DNA of 64,000 bases from positions 13,988,485 through 14,052,484 of the forward strand of contig NC_057753.1 in assembly GCF_004010195.1 (NCBI RefSeq), read 5' to 3'. The position numbers and the translations under genes were made by a program. Positions 51,957 through 64,000 of the stretch are shown one piece after another. The stretch comes from Chiloscyllium plagiosum (lineage: Eukaryota). Under the pieces are notes generated by a model, which made no database searches, was not told where the DNA came from, and saw only the letters and a program-made list of their open reading frames with translations. How positions within the stretch are numbered: position 1 is the first letter of the stretch; every line of letters starts with the position of its first letter.

Positions 51957-54900
51957 CTGTGAAGGATGAAAAGACCTGTGATCACCAATTGTATTTTTCA
52001 GTGAATCTTTAGCAGTAGTCCTCGAACTATCCTCATCCATATTGTTCATGTTCCATACAGGTACCACCTCTAGACTTCATATATTGTGAATGTAAGGCTA
52101 GTTACCTGACATTGCATGTTGGATTAAATATTTGCCAATAGAAGGCACATTGGATTCATTTTCCAGCACAGACTCTTTTCTTTCTTCACAATTCTAAAGA
52201 TTTTGGCTGGTTATCAAACGTAACGTTATCCCAACTGGGAGCTGCCCAGGCCCGTATTCATAAAATCTAACTATTCATTCATAAACCGTACAGTCACTGA
52301 AGTACAATAACGCTCCAATGATTTTCAACCAGGTCTTCATGTTCGCAGTTACATCACAACATTGTGAGTGCAACAATGTTCAGTTGAACATGTACTGCAA
52401 TACTGAAATAAAGTAAATTTACCCACTGGTAGAAATTGGTTCTCACCTATTATCATATTCTTTAGCACCTCACGGATTTTTTTCATTTCTGGGTTATTCT
52501 GGGGAGAAATATTGTAAATTTGTTTTTATTACTATTTTAGACTACACACTGTAGCACGCTGACTATGAGAATATTTTCTCTCACATTTTTATATTAATCC
52601 CAGGAAACAAATACAGAAAACACTTAAAAGACATTTGGTCAGATTATCCACACATCTGCTCGCAATCTCGAGCAGACAGGTTGTGTGTCTCGGCCCCTGT
52701 CCTTTCAATTAAAATCATTCTGCCTACTCTGTTTATTGTTTACCTGCCTTCTCTGAACAATTGTATAGTAATTTCTTTGTCTTAGTAACTACTGTTTGTG
52801 TATGGTCATTGTTTGCCCGAGATCCAATTGTTTTGCCAATGCACTGAAAATTAATGATCAATCTTGGATTGTCAAAATAGCATAAATGTTCAATTTTCCG
52901 AAGAGCACTCATTTCAGAGTTATTGCTATCTGGTCCCTTCTGCCTGATGTCCAGAGATCTCAGTGTGTTGTAATAAGATCCTTCTGATTCCAGGTTATTA
53001 TTTTATATTTAGAAACTTCACAGCTGTTCATATCAGAGCAGAATAGAAACGTCCAGACTTCGGAGGCAGGTAATACTGAGAGTAATATTTCAACTACTCC
53101 AGCATCTCTGAAAGAGTTGATTTAAAATATCGGGAAATATTCACTTGAGTGCTTTTGTGGCGTCGAGGCAGCGTCCCTAACTCTCTTACAAAACATGCAT
53201 ATACTCGCTTGAGACTAAATTTATACCAGTCTACTTTTACAATTCGCCAAGACCCAGGTTACTGTATGGCTCAGATGTAAACCGTCATAACAACACAGCT
53301 CTATCCTTCCACAGCATTGCTGCCAATGCCCCAAATGTCAACCCGTTTATCCCATAACAATATTTCCAAAATTAATTTAGCCATTTAATCTTATTTGCCC
53401 AGTGTCAATTTGCATGTACCTCAGTTAACAATCTTGATAACATTCACAATAAGGTCCTCCACTTTCCATTATCACCAAGCTGCTCACAAACACTCAGCAT
53501 AATCTCTTTCATTATCCTATTGATATATTCGGACCTTCATTATTAATATTCTCTCCCTCCCATTTCACGTTCCACTCCATTACAGAAGAGATATTCTGGA
53601 TTTAGGCACTGCTAGGCAACGCAGATTTCGTTTCTTTCAGGATTTGCTGCTGTAAACACAAACTATTTCCATAAGAATGATGATCCCTATTATTACTCCA
53701 TCTTTCTTTTCACAGTTCTCTTTCCTGGAGAACTTGGCCATGGTGCCTTCGGCAGTTTGCTCATCATTCTTGCGCTTGGCCCTCTCGTCCACTGTGACAG
53801 CAGAAAGCGGTACCTACATGATAAGGGTACTGCTGAGGCACCCGCAAAGCTGGATTCTACATGCTTATCGCAGCTTCACTCTCAGTCACATCCACCTGTC
53901 GAGGAGAGTGATTGACTCCTGAGCAGTGTTAAAGTATGTTTCTCCCTCCCTGATGTGTGGAAGTCCCCTCAAATCATCAACTCTGATCATACAATTTTCA
54001 TTCAGCTGACACTGGTTGCACTGATTTCCTACATCTCAGATTGTGTAGCACATCAACTCCTCAGAGATCTGTATTCAATTCATTAAGTTGGATTTAAAAA
54101 AAAAATTAAACGATGAATCTTTTAACTGTATTCTTCATTTGTATTAACATTTTCTGATTTATACTAATTTGCCATTGGAAAGTAATTGAAGAAACATTCA
54201 GCAATCACCCACCAATTGTAGTGTGATATCACATTTTACCTCTTTTTAGGAATAAACAAGTTAGAACGGTTTGCTGTTCTTTTTTTAAACAAAATTATCT
54301 CCAGTTGTGGCTGTTCTTTCCTCGCAAGTCAACTCTTCTCTTTATAAAGTTGCTGACCTGCTTCCAAGTGAATTGATCAGCTGTTCACCACGTTCTCTCT
54401 CCTGAGCGTTATGAAGCTGCTGTCTCCCATACCCCGTGATATCATTTATATTTGATGAAAACTATACTTTTGCGAATGATGTCAAGTAAACGTCTTGCAG
54501 TAGCTGAAGAAATAGTGATTCCAACTTGTCAACTTGAAGCTAGGAAGTACCAGTAAATATTGACCTGTCAGGGGCAGCCACAATCTGTTGATATTCCAAA
54601 CCATTGCTCCGGAAAGAACAATTTAAAGTGCAAATTGTAGCAGATTAAAGACACAATAACTAGAAATCCTTACATCTTAACGTTCATCTTTCGAACATTT
54701 CCATAGGTAATTGTCAATATCATATTTGTAAAGCAGACTACCCATGAGCGTGCACGAGACTATAATGGGGCTTCCTCCAGAGATCGCATTGTAGCTTAGT
54801 GAAATCTGTGTATAAATTTCATATTAAAACATAACTGGTATAACATTTGCATTGTGTATGATTTTCATCTTTCAATAACAATGCTGCAAGAAAATGCTTT

Positions 54901-55619
54901 TTAGTATAACAATGATACATTTATGTGCTAAATGCACTCAGTTATAATTTAGTATATTATAACAGAACTGAATGCTGAACAACAAAATAAATTAATGTTC
55001 CTACACTGACATGCATTATATCACATAACTGCTGCAACAATGAAGAGCAGCATTCAACCCATTACGTTTGGCTTCCTCTATAATGGGTCATCACTCTTCG
55101 TGCAATTTTTCTAACTTCTCCATATGGCGATGCGCAATGTTAGTTTAAAAATGAACATTTTTTCCATTGTTAAACCCTTACTTGAACCTGTACTGTGCTG
55201 TCAGGTATTGCAATTCAGACTCGCCCACACAATGCATGAATAATTTTTCCTTATATCATTTTTTTCTGCATTCACGAAGTGTTTTATTGCATATTTTCTT
55301 CTGACTTGGCCTTGATAGTTTTATGAATAGGATTGTGTTTTCCTCAGAAATCTAATACACCATGAGCCCATAAATATCTGGCACGATAACATTAAAAGTA
55401 TCTCACAATCGACTTCAAATTAATTTCTAGTAACTCGCCGTTATTGGTCATAAAATGGCATAGCATTGTCAAACAGACGTCTTAATGGTGCAACGTAGTT
55501 GCATTTCTTTACGTCTAGGCAATGAGGAACATCAGCAAAACTATCCTTATCAGCAAATGGAATAGAGAAAGCATCTGAAAATCACAAAGCAGAAAGACTT
55601 TAGTATATCCATTTCTTAC

Positions 55620-55689
55620 CAGGGGCACCAATCGCTGCGAGAATGGGATAGCAAATGGCAACAACAGGTCCATTCGCCGGTGCATGCAT
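55620..55689 (-). CDS. GPR139-like GPCR exon 1
   Basis: MHAPANGPVVAICYPILAAIGAP-G|GTAAG, phase 1; joins exon 2 in frame (YPILAAIGAPANLMAIVIL); total CDS 969 nt = 322 aa. Confidence 0.88.
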
Positions 55690-56656
55690 TCTATTACAGG
55701 AAGTATCGATTTTCCCGAAGCCGTAGACGTCTTCTTTCTGACACATTTAAGTCTTCCTTCATTTATTCAAAGCGAGTGTCTCCAGAGGATGAATTAGTAT
55801 ATTTCAGTTACAACTCAGTGAACAAACAGAACAACTTACTTTCTGTTAAAATATTTGCAGCATGATTGTATTATCGGAGAACAGATTGAGGCTAATTCTG
55901 TGTTTCTCCCCATGCCAGAAGCCATGCATCTCTGCACCTGTTGGTGGGAGATTTTGAGCTGAAGTCTAATCTCAAACTTCAACAAGTTTCTCCTTTCTTT
56001 ACCATCTTCACAAATATTTCTCGCCTTCATTTGTTACGTTAGTTTATGAATAGGATTGATTATTCAGTGATGTCATGTTCAATGGTTTAATAGAACCTAA
56101 ATCTTAAACAGTATCAATTTGAAATATTTGAAAACACTTTGAGGTAAATACGAGGGAAAATGAGGTGGACAACATCCAGTGCATGGGAATACTGGGCCAA
56201 GTCAACAGCGCCAAACATGCTTCCAATAAGGGACAATTACAAGAAAGATCTCACATTTTCATGCCCAGTTTCGAGATTCTGTTGTAATAGCCGTTGACAA
56301 ATGTTCAGATGGAACAAAAACATCCTGATGAAGTAACAGCTGAAACGTGGCCTGGAAAATTGGCTCCAAGTGCACTTACGGCAGTGAAATTGTTATTGCA
56401 ATCTGGAGAAGCAAATGCTTTATTCAATAGGTACTGAGAACTAGCTGTATATGAAGTCAATGAAAATGAAACATAGTCTCGAGCTAGAGCAAGTAAGGCA
56501 CGACTTAGTGCAATCTAAGTACTAGCATATCGACCTCTGTAATGAACGGGGAAATTGATGTGACCAGCATGCAGTACCTGTTAACTAACGCATTTCCAAT
56601 TCATATAGCACCAACGGTAGCATAGAAAACTAACACAATGACTTAAATTATTATTG

Positions 56657-56838
56657 ATTCGGAGATGCCGGAGTTGGACTGGGGTGTACCTTCGGGTGAC
56701 CATCCTCCAAGGTGGACTTCGGGTCAGGCAGCAGAGGAAAGTGGCCGAGCAGAGGCTGATAGCTAAGTTTGGTAAACATCGGGAGGGCCTCAACCGGGAC
56801 CTTGGGTTCATGTCACATTACAGGTGATCACCATTGCA

Positions 56839-56871
<33 letters not shown>

Positions 56872-57607
56872 TATTCCTACACACACACATTCTCACATAC
56901 ACACGGACACAGATACACACAGACGTGCACACAGACACCCACACACACCCTTATAGACACACAGACTCCCACACATGCACCCCCTCACAGACTTAAGACA
57001 ATCTGCACTCACTACACACACACACATGCACACACTTTCTCACACTCACAACCCCCACCCCAGACAGACACACACACACAGACAGACAAAGACTCACGTG
57101 CACACATATATTTTGTGTGGTGATTTTTGTTTGGTACTTTCAGAGTTACATTGCACTTTGCTCAAAAACCACACACATTCATGTAGAACTCTGAGCTCAA
57201 AAACTGCATGAATTTATGTAACACTCTGTTATCTCACTTTTTAGATTGGAATCAATCTAAACATCAGGTCATAGACAGAGAACACAGGGGGCTAACACCT
57301 TCAACATATTGTCTAGCTATCACCATTGTTAACAGCTAACCCGAGAATGCAACATTAAAAAAAGGGTTTTGTGATTTACACATGAAAGAAGTGAAACTAT
57401 CACTGTATTCTAACAGATGAAAGACTTAACAGACAATCAATTCTTCAATGTATAATTTCAGTTACATCACACTGCAAATTTTTGCTATAAATTCTGTGTT
57501 ACGATCGAGCCTTCCACACTCACCTGATGAAGGAGCGTCCGTCCGAAAGCTAGTGTGCTTCCAATTAAACCTGTTGGACTATAACCTGGTGTTGTGTGAT
57601 TTTTAAC
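56657..57607 (+). mobile_element. 5'-truncated Penelope-like element with a probable inverted 5' tail
   Basis: GIY-YIG C-terminus LRVTILQGGLRVRQQRKVAEQRLIAKFGKHREGLNRDLGFMSHYR*; CA-rich 3'UTR; tail CCTGATGAAGG...GAAAGCTAG...CCAATTAAACCTGTTGGACTATAACCTGGTGTTG; 13-bp TSD TAAATTATTATTG (56644-56656 / 57608-57620). Confidence 0.88.
57524..57552 (+). ncRNA. Hammerhead-like core in Penelope pseudo-LTR (degenerate stem II)
   Basis: CTGATGA-A-GGAGCGTCCGTCC-GAAA-GCTA. Confidence 0.45.
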
Positions 57608-57839
57608 TAAATTATTATTGTTCACCATACAGAGTAGCGCAGAAAATATCCATTAAAAATCGCAATTGCAATTTGGACAGCACCAACTGTAGCATAGAAA
57701 ATTAACACAGTCACTTAAATTAGTTAGAGATCACCTTTCAGGGTAGTGTAATAATGCAAAGCAGTACTGTTGTGCATTAATTGTTCAAGATCCTAACATA
57801 ACAGAATAACCGCAGGGACAGGTTACTGGGAATAAAAAA

Positions 57840-58285
57840 CGGAATCCCTACAGTGTGGAAACAGGCCCTTCATCCCAACTAGGAGAAAGTGAGGACTGCA
57901 GATGCTGGAGATCAGAGCTGAAAAAGGTGTTGCTGGAAAAACGCAGCAGGTAAGGCAGCATCCAAGGAGGAGGAGAATCGACGTTTCGGGCATAAGCCAA
58001 TTCTCCTGCTCCTTGGATGCTGCTTGACCTGCTGCGCTTTTCCAGCAACACATTTTTCAGCTCTTCAGCCCAACTAGCCTACACCGAACCTCCAAAAAGT
58101 CATTCACCCCAACCCTACATTTACCACTGACTCATGCACCTAAAATACACGCTTCTGAGCAATGTGGGCAAATGACCATACCCGCACGCCTTCGAGAGAA
58201 AGCCCGGAGGAAACCCACACTATCAGTCGCTCAAGGCTGTGATCGAACCTGGAACTCTGGCGCTATGTGCCAGCAGTACTTATCA
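57840..58285 (-). mobile_element. Old HE1-type SINE interrupted by a Penelope-derived insertion
   Basis: tccctacagtgtggaaacaggcccttc ... gatcgaacctggaactctggcgctatgtgccagcagtact. Confidence 0.7.
57883..58062. mobile_element. Palindromic non-autonomous Penelope-derived insertion (same family as 18369)
   Basis: 15-bp TSD CTTCA(T/G)CCCAACTAG (57868-57882 / 58063-58077); imperfect inverted arms. Confidence 0.85.
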
Positions 58286-58480
58286 CCAAGCCACCATGCC
58301 ACAATGCATGGAAGTGCATGACCTAATGTTATATGCCTCACCAATCGTCTGGTCTTGTGTCGTACAAACTCACACATGACCCAATCTAATGGAAATATGG
58401 TTCATTCAAGGCCTCATCATTTTCTAGAGAACAGGGCCCTGGAAAAGCAAATCTTAGCAGGACTTATACACTTAATAATA

Positions 58481-59210
58481 AGGTCCGAGGGAGTGTTGCT
58501 GAACAAAGAGACCTTGGAGCGCAGGTTCATAGCTCCTTGAAAGTGGAGTCACGGGTAGATAGGATAGTGAAGAAGGCGTTTGGTATGCTTTCCTTTATTG
58601 GTCAGAGTATTAAGTAGTTGGGAGGTCATGGTGCAGCTGTACAGGACATTGGTGAGGCCATGTTGGAATATTGCGTGCAATTCTGGTCTCCTTCCTATTG
58701 GAAAGATGTTGTGGAACTTGAAAGGGTTCAGAAATGATTTACAAGGATGTTGCCAGCGTTGGAGGGTTTGAGCGACAGGGAGAGGCTGAACAGGCTGGGG
58801 CTGTTTTCCCTGGAGCGTCAGAGGCTGAGGGGTGACCTTATAGAGGTTTACAAAATTATGAGGAGCGTGGATAGGATAAATAGACAAAGTCTTTTCCCTG
58901 GGGTCGCGGAGTCCAGAACTAGAGCGCAGAGGTTTAGGGTGAGAGCGGAAAGATATAAAAGAGACCTAAGGGGCAATGTTTCCATGCAGAGGGTGGTACG
59001 TGTATGGAATGAGCTGCCAGAAGATGTGGTGGAAGATGGTACAATTGCAACATTTAAGAGACATTTGTATGGGTATGCGAATAGGAAGGGTTTTTGGAGG
59101 AATATGGGCTGGGTGCTGGCAGGTGGGACTAGATTGGGTTGGGATATCTGTCGGCATGGGCAGACTGAAGGGTCTGGTTCCATGCTGTACATCTCTATGA
59201 CTCTATGACT
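58481..59210 (+). mobile_element. 5'-truncated CR1/HER1-type LINE
   Basis: LPALEGLSDRERLNRLGLFSLERQRLRGDLIEVYKIM; tail ctctatgactctatgact. Confidence 0.92.
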
Positions 59211-62200
59211 TTAATTCCAGGTTGACGTGGTTTACAGGTAATGACTTCTCTAATGACTATACAAAATTAAAGTCCTCGCAGTAAAACTGGGTTGAAGAGT
59301 AAGGAGAGCAACATTCGAACTTCCTCTGTCATTGATGCAGAGCACGTTAGATCCATCTCAACATCAGCTACCTGCATTGTTTCACTTTTTGTAGTTCTCT
59401 TTTTAGCATTGCAAATATATTCATTGTTATGTCAAATAGATTTAAGCATCGATCTCTCAAATTTGTCTAACAAATGAACTTCCTTAGATTCACACCCATT
59501 TCATCGAGAAAACTCTGATCTACATTTGTAAATAGCAAGCACGAATTCTGAGTGTAAACACTTTGATCGAGATTTCCTTGACTTGAAATAATAGTGATGA
59601 TGCCAATATTGCTTTGATCTGAAGAATGTTGTTTATTTTAAAGAAATAAACTCAATCATCACAGGAAAGACTTTGCTAAAACTCTCTGAATAGAATTGTC
59701 AAGTTATTATGGAATCAGTCCCCAAAACACGTGTTTTTTCTTTCCCAAATTGGCAACCACTTCTTAAAGTTAGAATGCAAAGAGATGTGCATACCATTCC
59801 AATCGGAGCAATTAGCGCTTCCCCCCACCCCCACTCGCAATTGCCATGTCGGAGCACGGTTTACATAGCCCAGAAATTATTACCTCAAGTTACTTGTACC
59901 GTTTCTTCATGGTTCACAATGACAGCGAGCATGCACCACTTCCAATGTCTAATTCTCTTATATGAAAGAGAACTCTGAACGTACAAATTAGCAGTAGGAG
60001 TCGGTATTCTGTCTTTTGCACTATGATTGGATAAAATCTTTTTCCTGTTTACGCAAATATACTTTGGCCCAGATGCTGTCACGTTTCTATCACACGCAAA
60101 ATTAAAAATGATCTTGCCTTCACTGCTACCTGGGAAAGAGAATTGAGTGATTCGATGACGAAGAGAGAATGTGTGTGTCTTTGTGAATGTGTATGTGTGT
60201 AAGAAAGAGAGACGATGTGTTGTAAGTGTGAATGGGATGATGCGTATGTGAGTGTATATATGTGTGTTGCGCGCGTTTGTGCATGTGTATGTGTGTGTGT
60301 GCACGCACGTCAGGGAGAGAGTGAGAGAAAGAGACAGAGAGTCTGTCTTATGTCGATCTGAAAAGGGACAGTCACAATTTTTAATTGTATCTGATAGTTT
60401 AAGGCTATTCCTTTCAAATTCTAACGGGACTAACATATTCAACGTTTCTTCATAACATAAGGAGTTTCGGTTCTGAAGACCTTCCGTGAAGTTACATTTG
60501 TTTTGTTCATACAAATCGACAGTCTCACCCTATGATAAACGTTGTCACGTTGCTATGGATAGATTCCTCAGCTCAAATCCTCAGCATATTCAGTGACTGC
60601 ATTCCCTCTAACTCAAATGGAGGAATTCACAGGTGGTTGCACAATGTTTACCTATTACACTTTTTTCAGGTACTGAAACAATCAGACCTGAAATGCAGAA
60701 ACACCAGACAGCATTAAGTTTCGGTTGAATCTCTGACAGGTAACATTCACACCACAGAAAATCTAGGAAATTAAAATCTCCAAAATGGGATCATCAAATC
60801 ATCGCTCCAGGACATTGACAGCATCTTCGATTGGAGCGAGGTTTATAGTGCGATTACTGGAGTTCATTTATGGAACCACTGCAGTTCTTCAAACATATTA
60901 ATCTACATCCTGGTGTACACTCACACGTTCTGGTGTTGTAGATGACATCAATTGCAATGTATGGTATGTTGAAAATGTAACATTGTAAAGAATCAGAAAC
61001 AGAGTGATGGCAGCAATAAAATTGTTATTGCAATATGAAGAGGTAGATGCTCTCGTCAATAAATACTGAGACAGAGCTGTAAAGAAAGGGCAATTACAAT
61101 GAAACATAGTCTCGTGCTGGAACAATTAAGACAAGACTTAGTGTAAAATACGTACTGGAATGTCTACCTCTGTAAGGAAAGGGAAACCAATGTGACCGGC
61201 ATGCAATATGTGCGACCTGCAGTAATTCCAATATGGACAGCACCAAGTTAACAATCACTTAAACTGGTTATTGATCACCATTCAGAGAAATATAGAGATA
61301 TTTCCAAATATAATATGATAAGCACAGATCTACGTTATTGTCGACAAAAATAAAATCTAGCTGACTCTATAGCTGTACATGATCTAATGTTATATCACAT
61401 TAATTGTCTGAATTTGTGTCATATCAAACTGATATGTCAGGTCACCCAATGTAATGGACATATGCCTCATTCAGTGACACTTCATTTTCTCGAGAACAGA
61501 ACCCAGGCAGTTGAACTATAGACGTGGATTACTAATAATTACTTTTCTAATGATTGTACAAAATCAAAGTCAGAGTATTCAAGCTAGGTTCACGAGTTGG
61601 CAGACCAAAATTCGAGTTCTTCTGTCATTTATTCAGATCACATTAGATCCATCTAAACATCAGATTCCTGCATTGTTTCCTGTTTTGTCATTATTTTAGC
61701 ATTGCAAACATATTTATCTTTATGTAAAGTAGATTTACGCATCAGTGACTCAAACCTATCTCACTCGTGAACTTTATCAGATTCACATCTATTTCGTAAA
61801 GAAAACTCTGTGGTCTACATTTGTAAATGACAAACACGAAGTCTGAATGTAAACACTGTGATCCAGATTTTCCAGACTTGGCACCGTCGCAATAATCCTA
61901 AAATTGTCTTCCCTGAATAATCGTGTGCCTTTTAAGTAAATAAGTGTAATCATCACAGGGAAAGCCTTACTCTACATAGAATTGCCAAGTTATCATGGAG
62001 TCAGTCCAAAAGCACGTGCTGCTTTCTTTCCGAAATTGGCAAATAATTATTCAAATTAGGTCACAAAGACAAGTGCATATCATTCGAATCCATAGTACAT
62101 CAATGCACTTAACTTTTCATTCCTCACCCACAATTACCATGTCGGATTAAAGCTTGCTCAGTCCAGAAATCATTCCCTCAAGATCCGTATACGGTTTCTT

Positions 62201-63094
62201 CTTAGTTTGAAATATAAGCCCATGCCGTATACACTATTTCCAACGTCTTGTTCTCTTATGTTAAAGAGAACTCTGATCATAAAAATTAGCAGGAGGAATC
62301 GGCCATTTGGCAGGTTCAAACATGCACCACAATTGGACAAAATCGCAGATACTGTGGAGATGCTTTCACTCTCCATCCGGGTCACACAAAAATAATTTTT
62401 CTCACATGCTGTCACTATTCCATCTCACCCAAAGTTACACGTGAATTTGCCTTCACCCTCGGAAACAGAATTCAGCCATTCAATGGTGTGTGTGTGTGTG
62501 TGTGTCTTTAAAATTATATCAGGACTAACATATTCATTGTCTCCTAATAGATAAGACGTTTCAGTTCTGAAGACGGTTTTGTGAAGTTAGATTTGTTTTG
62601 TTTAAAGAAATCAACAGCGTCACCTAAAGGTGATTTCTTTCCCATTCCTCATTGTGGATTCCTCAGCTCAACCTTTCAGCAGATTCAGTAACTGCGTTTC
62701 ATCTATCATAAGGTCAAGTAGAGAAATTCACAGACGATTTCCCAATGTTTACCCGTTACGATTCTTCATATACTGAAGAAATCTGAGCCTAACTGCAACA
62801 CCAGACAGCATGATGTTTCGTTTGGATCTGTGACAGGTAGTATTCACACCACAGTAGTTCGAGAAAATGGAAATCGCCAATAGGAGATCATGAAAACATC
62901 GCTCCGGGACATTGGCAGACACATGTTTGATTGGAAATAGGATTATAGTGAAATTTCTGGGGTTCATTTATGGCACCCCTGCAGTTCCTGAAACATACAT
63001 CCTGGTGTACACTGAGAATGTAGATTACATCAATTTGGGAGCATTGTATATTGGAAATGTGACACTGCTGAGAACCAGAAAAAATAATGCAGGC

Positions 63095-63820
63095 CAGTGT
63101 ACAAGTCGGCCAGATGGCAGATGAAGTTCAATGGGAGAATGTTTGAGGTGATGCCTTTTCAGACATGGCATATCATGATACAGAACAACATAAGTAGCTC
63201 CAAATTGAAGGAGCAGAGAGATCTGGCTGTCGATGTGTGTAAGTCAGTAAATATGGTAGGATCAATAGAAGTTATTAAAGGAAAGGATATCGCAGTCTTT
63301 AATGGATAAAGGAGCGTGCAGGCAAGAATGTTTGGCTGAAGACGTTAAATAAACTGCTGAGACATCAGCAAGATCTTTCTGCACAGTTTTAGGCGCCACG
63401 CATTGGGAAATATGTGAACGCATTACAGCGTTCAGAACAGTGTATGAGGCATACGTGCAGTGATGAGAAGCGTCATTAAAACAAACAGATTGGCGAAATT
63501 TACGCCTTTCATTTTATTGGGTGGACGACTGATGGGACATTTGATCGTCTTCAAGATCATAAGGGTGTCTGGACAATGTAGACAGAGATAATCTGTTCTC
63601 TCATTTAATAGAGTCAACAAATAAATAGTTCAGTTTCCAGAAAATTTGTAAATTTTTCAATGAGTTATGACAAAAAAATGTTTCTTTTTTCACAGAGAAT
63701 AGCTCGGATCTGAAATTCATGGACAGGAAGCGTGGTAAGGGGAGGCTCAGCGGAGGCAGTCAACAGGGCATTTGGGACTTTTTTTCAATAGAAACAATAT
63801 TAAAGGTTACCAAGAAAAAA
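63095..63820 (+). mobile_element. Old CR1 LINE 3' fragment
   Basis: ARWQMKFNGRMFEVMPF...EQRDLAVDV remnants. Confidence 0.7.
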
Positions 63821-64000
63821 AAAACAAGCACTTCAACAACAAGACGTAATGCTCATTTCGAAAGTCAATCTCGTTCAGGAAATTAATAATACAATGCTCA
63901 TCAAAAACAGTGCAATCGACCAATTCCTATTTGCTAACGTCCTGGCAGTCAGAACTGAAGACAATGGGACCAGCCGTGGACATACTGTAATTCGAAGACC

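Larger units (their letters stand above)
56440..63090. repeat. Old tandem duplication (unit 1 ~56440-61070, unit 2 ~61075-63090)
   Basis: Colinear blocks 56465/61098 (aatgaaacatagtctcg), 58323/61383, ~59320/61615, ~59970/62265, ~60430/62522, ~60735/62830; unit 1 is expanded by TE insertions. Confidence 0.8.

Noticed and set aside
56769-57211. His/Thr-rich ORFs (also 59885-60514 in part)
   Set aside because: Translations of CA/GT microsatellites.
1-64000. CRISPR arrays, tRNA or rRNA genes, prokaryotic operons
   Set aside because: Eukaryotic DNA; no repeat-spacer arrays; the tRNA-like A/B boxes belong to SINE heads.

Overview
Vertebrate genomic DNA, almost certainly a cartilaginous fish (shark): the repeats are HE1-type tRNA SINEs, CR1/HER1-type LINEs and shark-type Penelope elements. 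This species call is inferred from the repeat families. Bases ~4-32.7 kb are three diverged tandem copies of a 8-10 kb cassette. Each cassette reads: Gypsy 3' end + LTR, then a CTCF-like site, then a decayed minus-strand antigen-receptor V pseudogene, then a plus-strand T-cell receptor alpha/delta-type V gene with leader exon, intron, V exon and a 23-bp-spacer RSS. Two plus-strand V genes (9910-10974, 18719-19799) are intact. The third (29684-30478) is a pseudogene with a frameshift and both canonical cysteines lost. No D, J or C segments were seen. Bases 1-4923 are a decayed Gmr1-order (PR-INT-RT-RH) Gypsy element. After a repeat-rich stretch and a 500-N scaffold gap (44561-45060) there is an intact two-exon GPR139-like GPCR (minus strand, 55689 to 51058, 322 aa), Penelope elements with hammerhead-ribozyme core motifs, and a second tandem duplication with exon-like relics. 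The most notable observations are the divergent psiV/V cassette, a near-perfect CTCF motif just 3' of the inverted V's RSS relic, and a perfect 69-bp-stem Penelope-derived hairpin with a hammerhead core inserted in the promoter of an intact V gene. All alignments were done by eye; no database searches were run.
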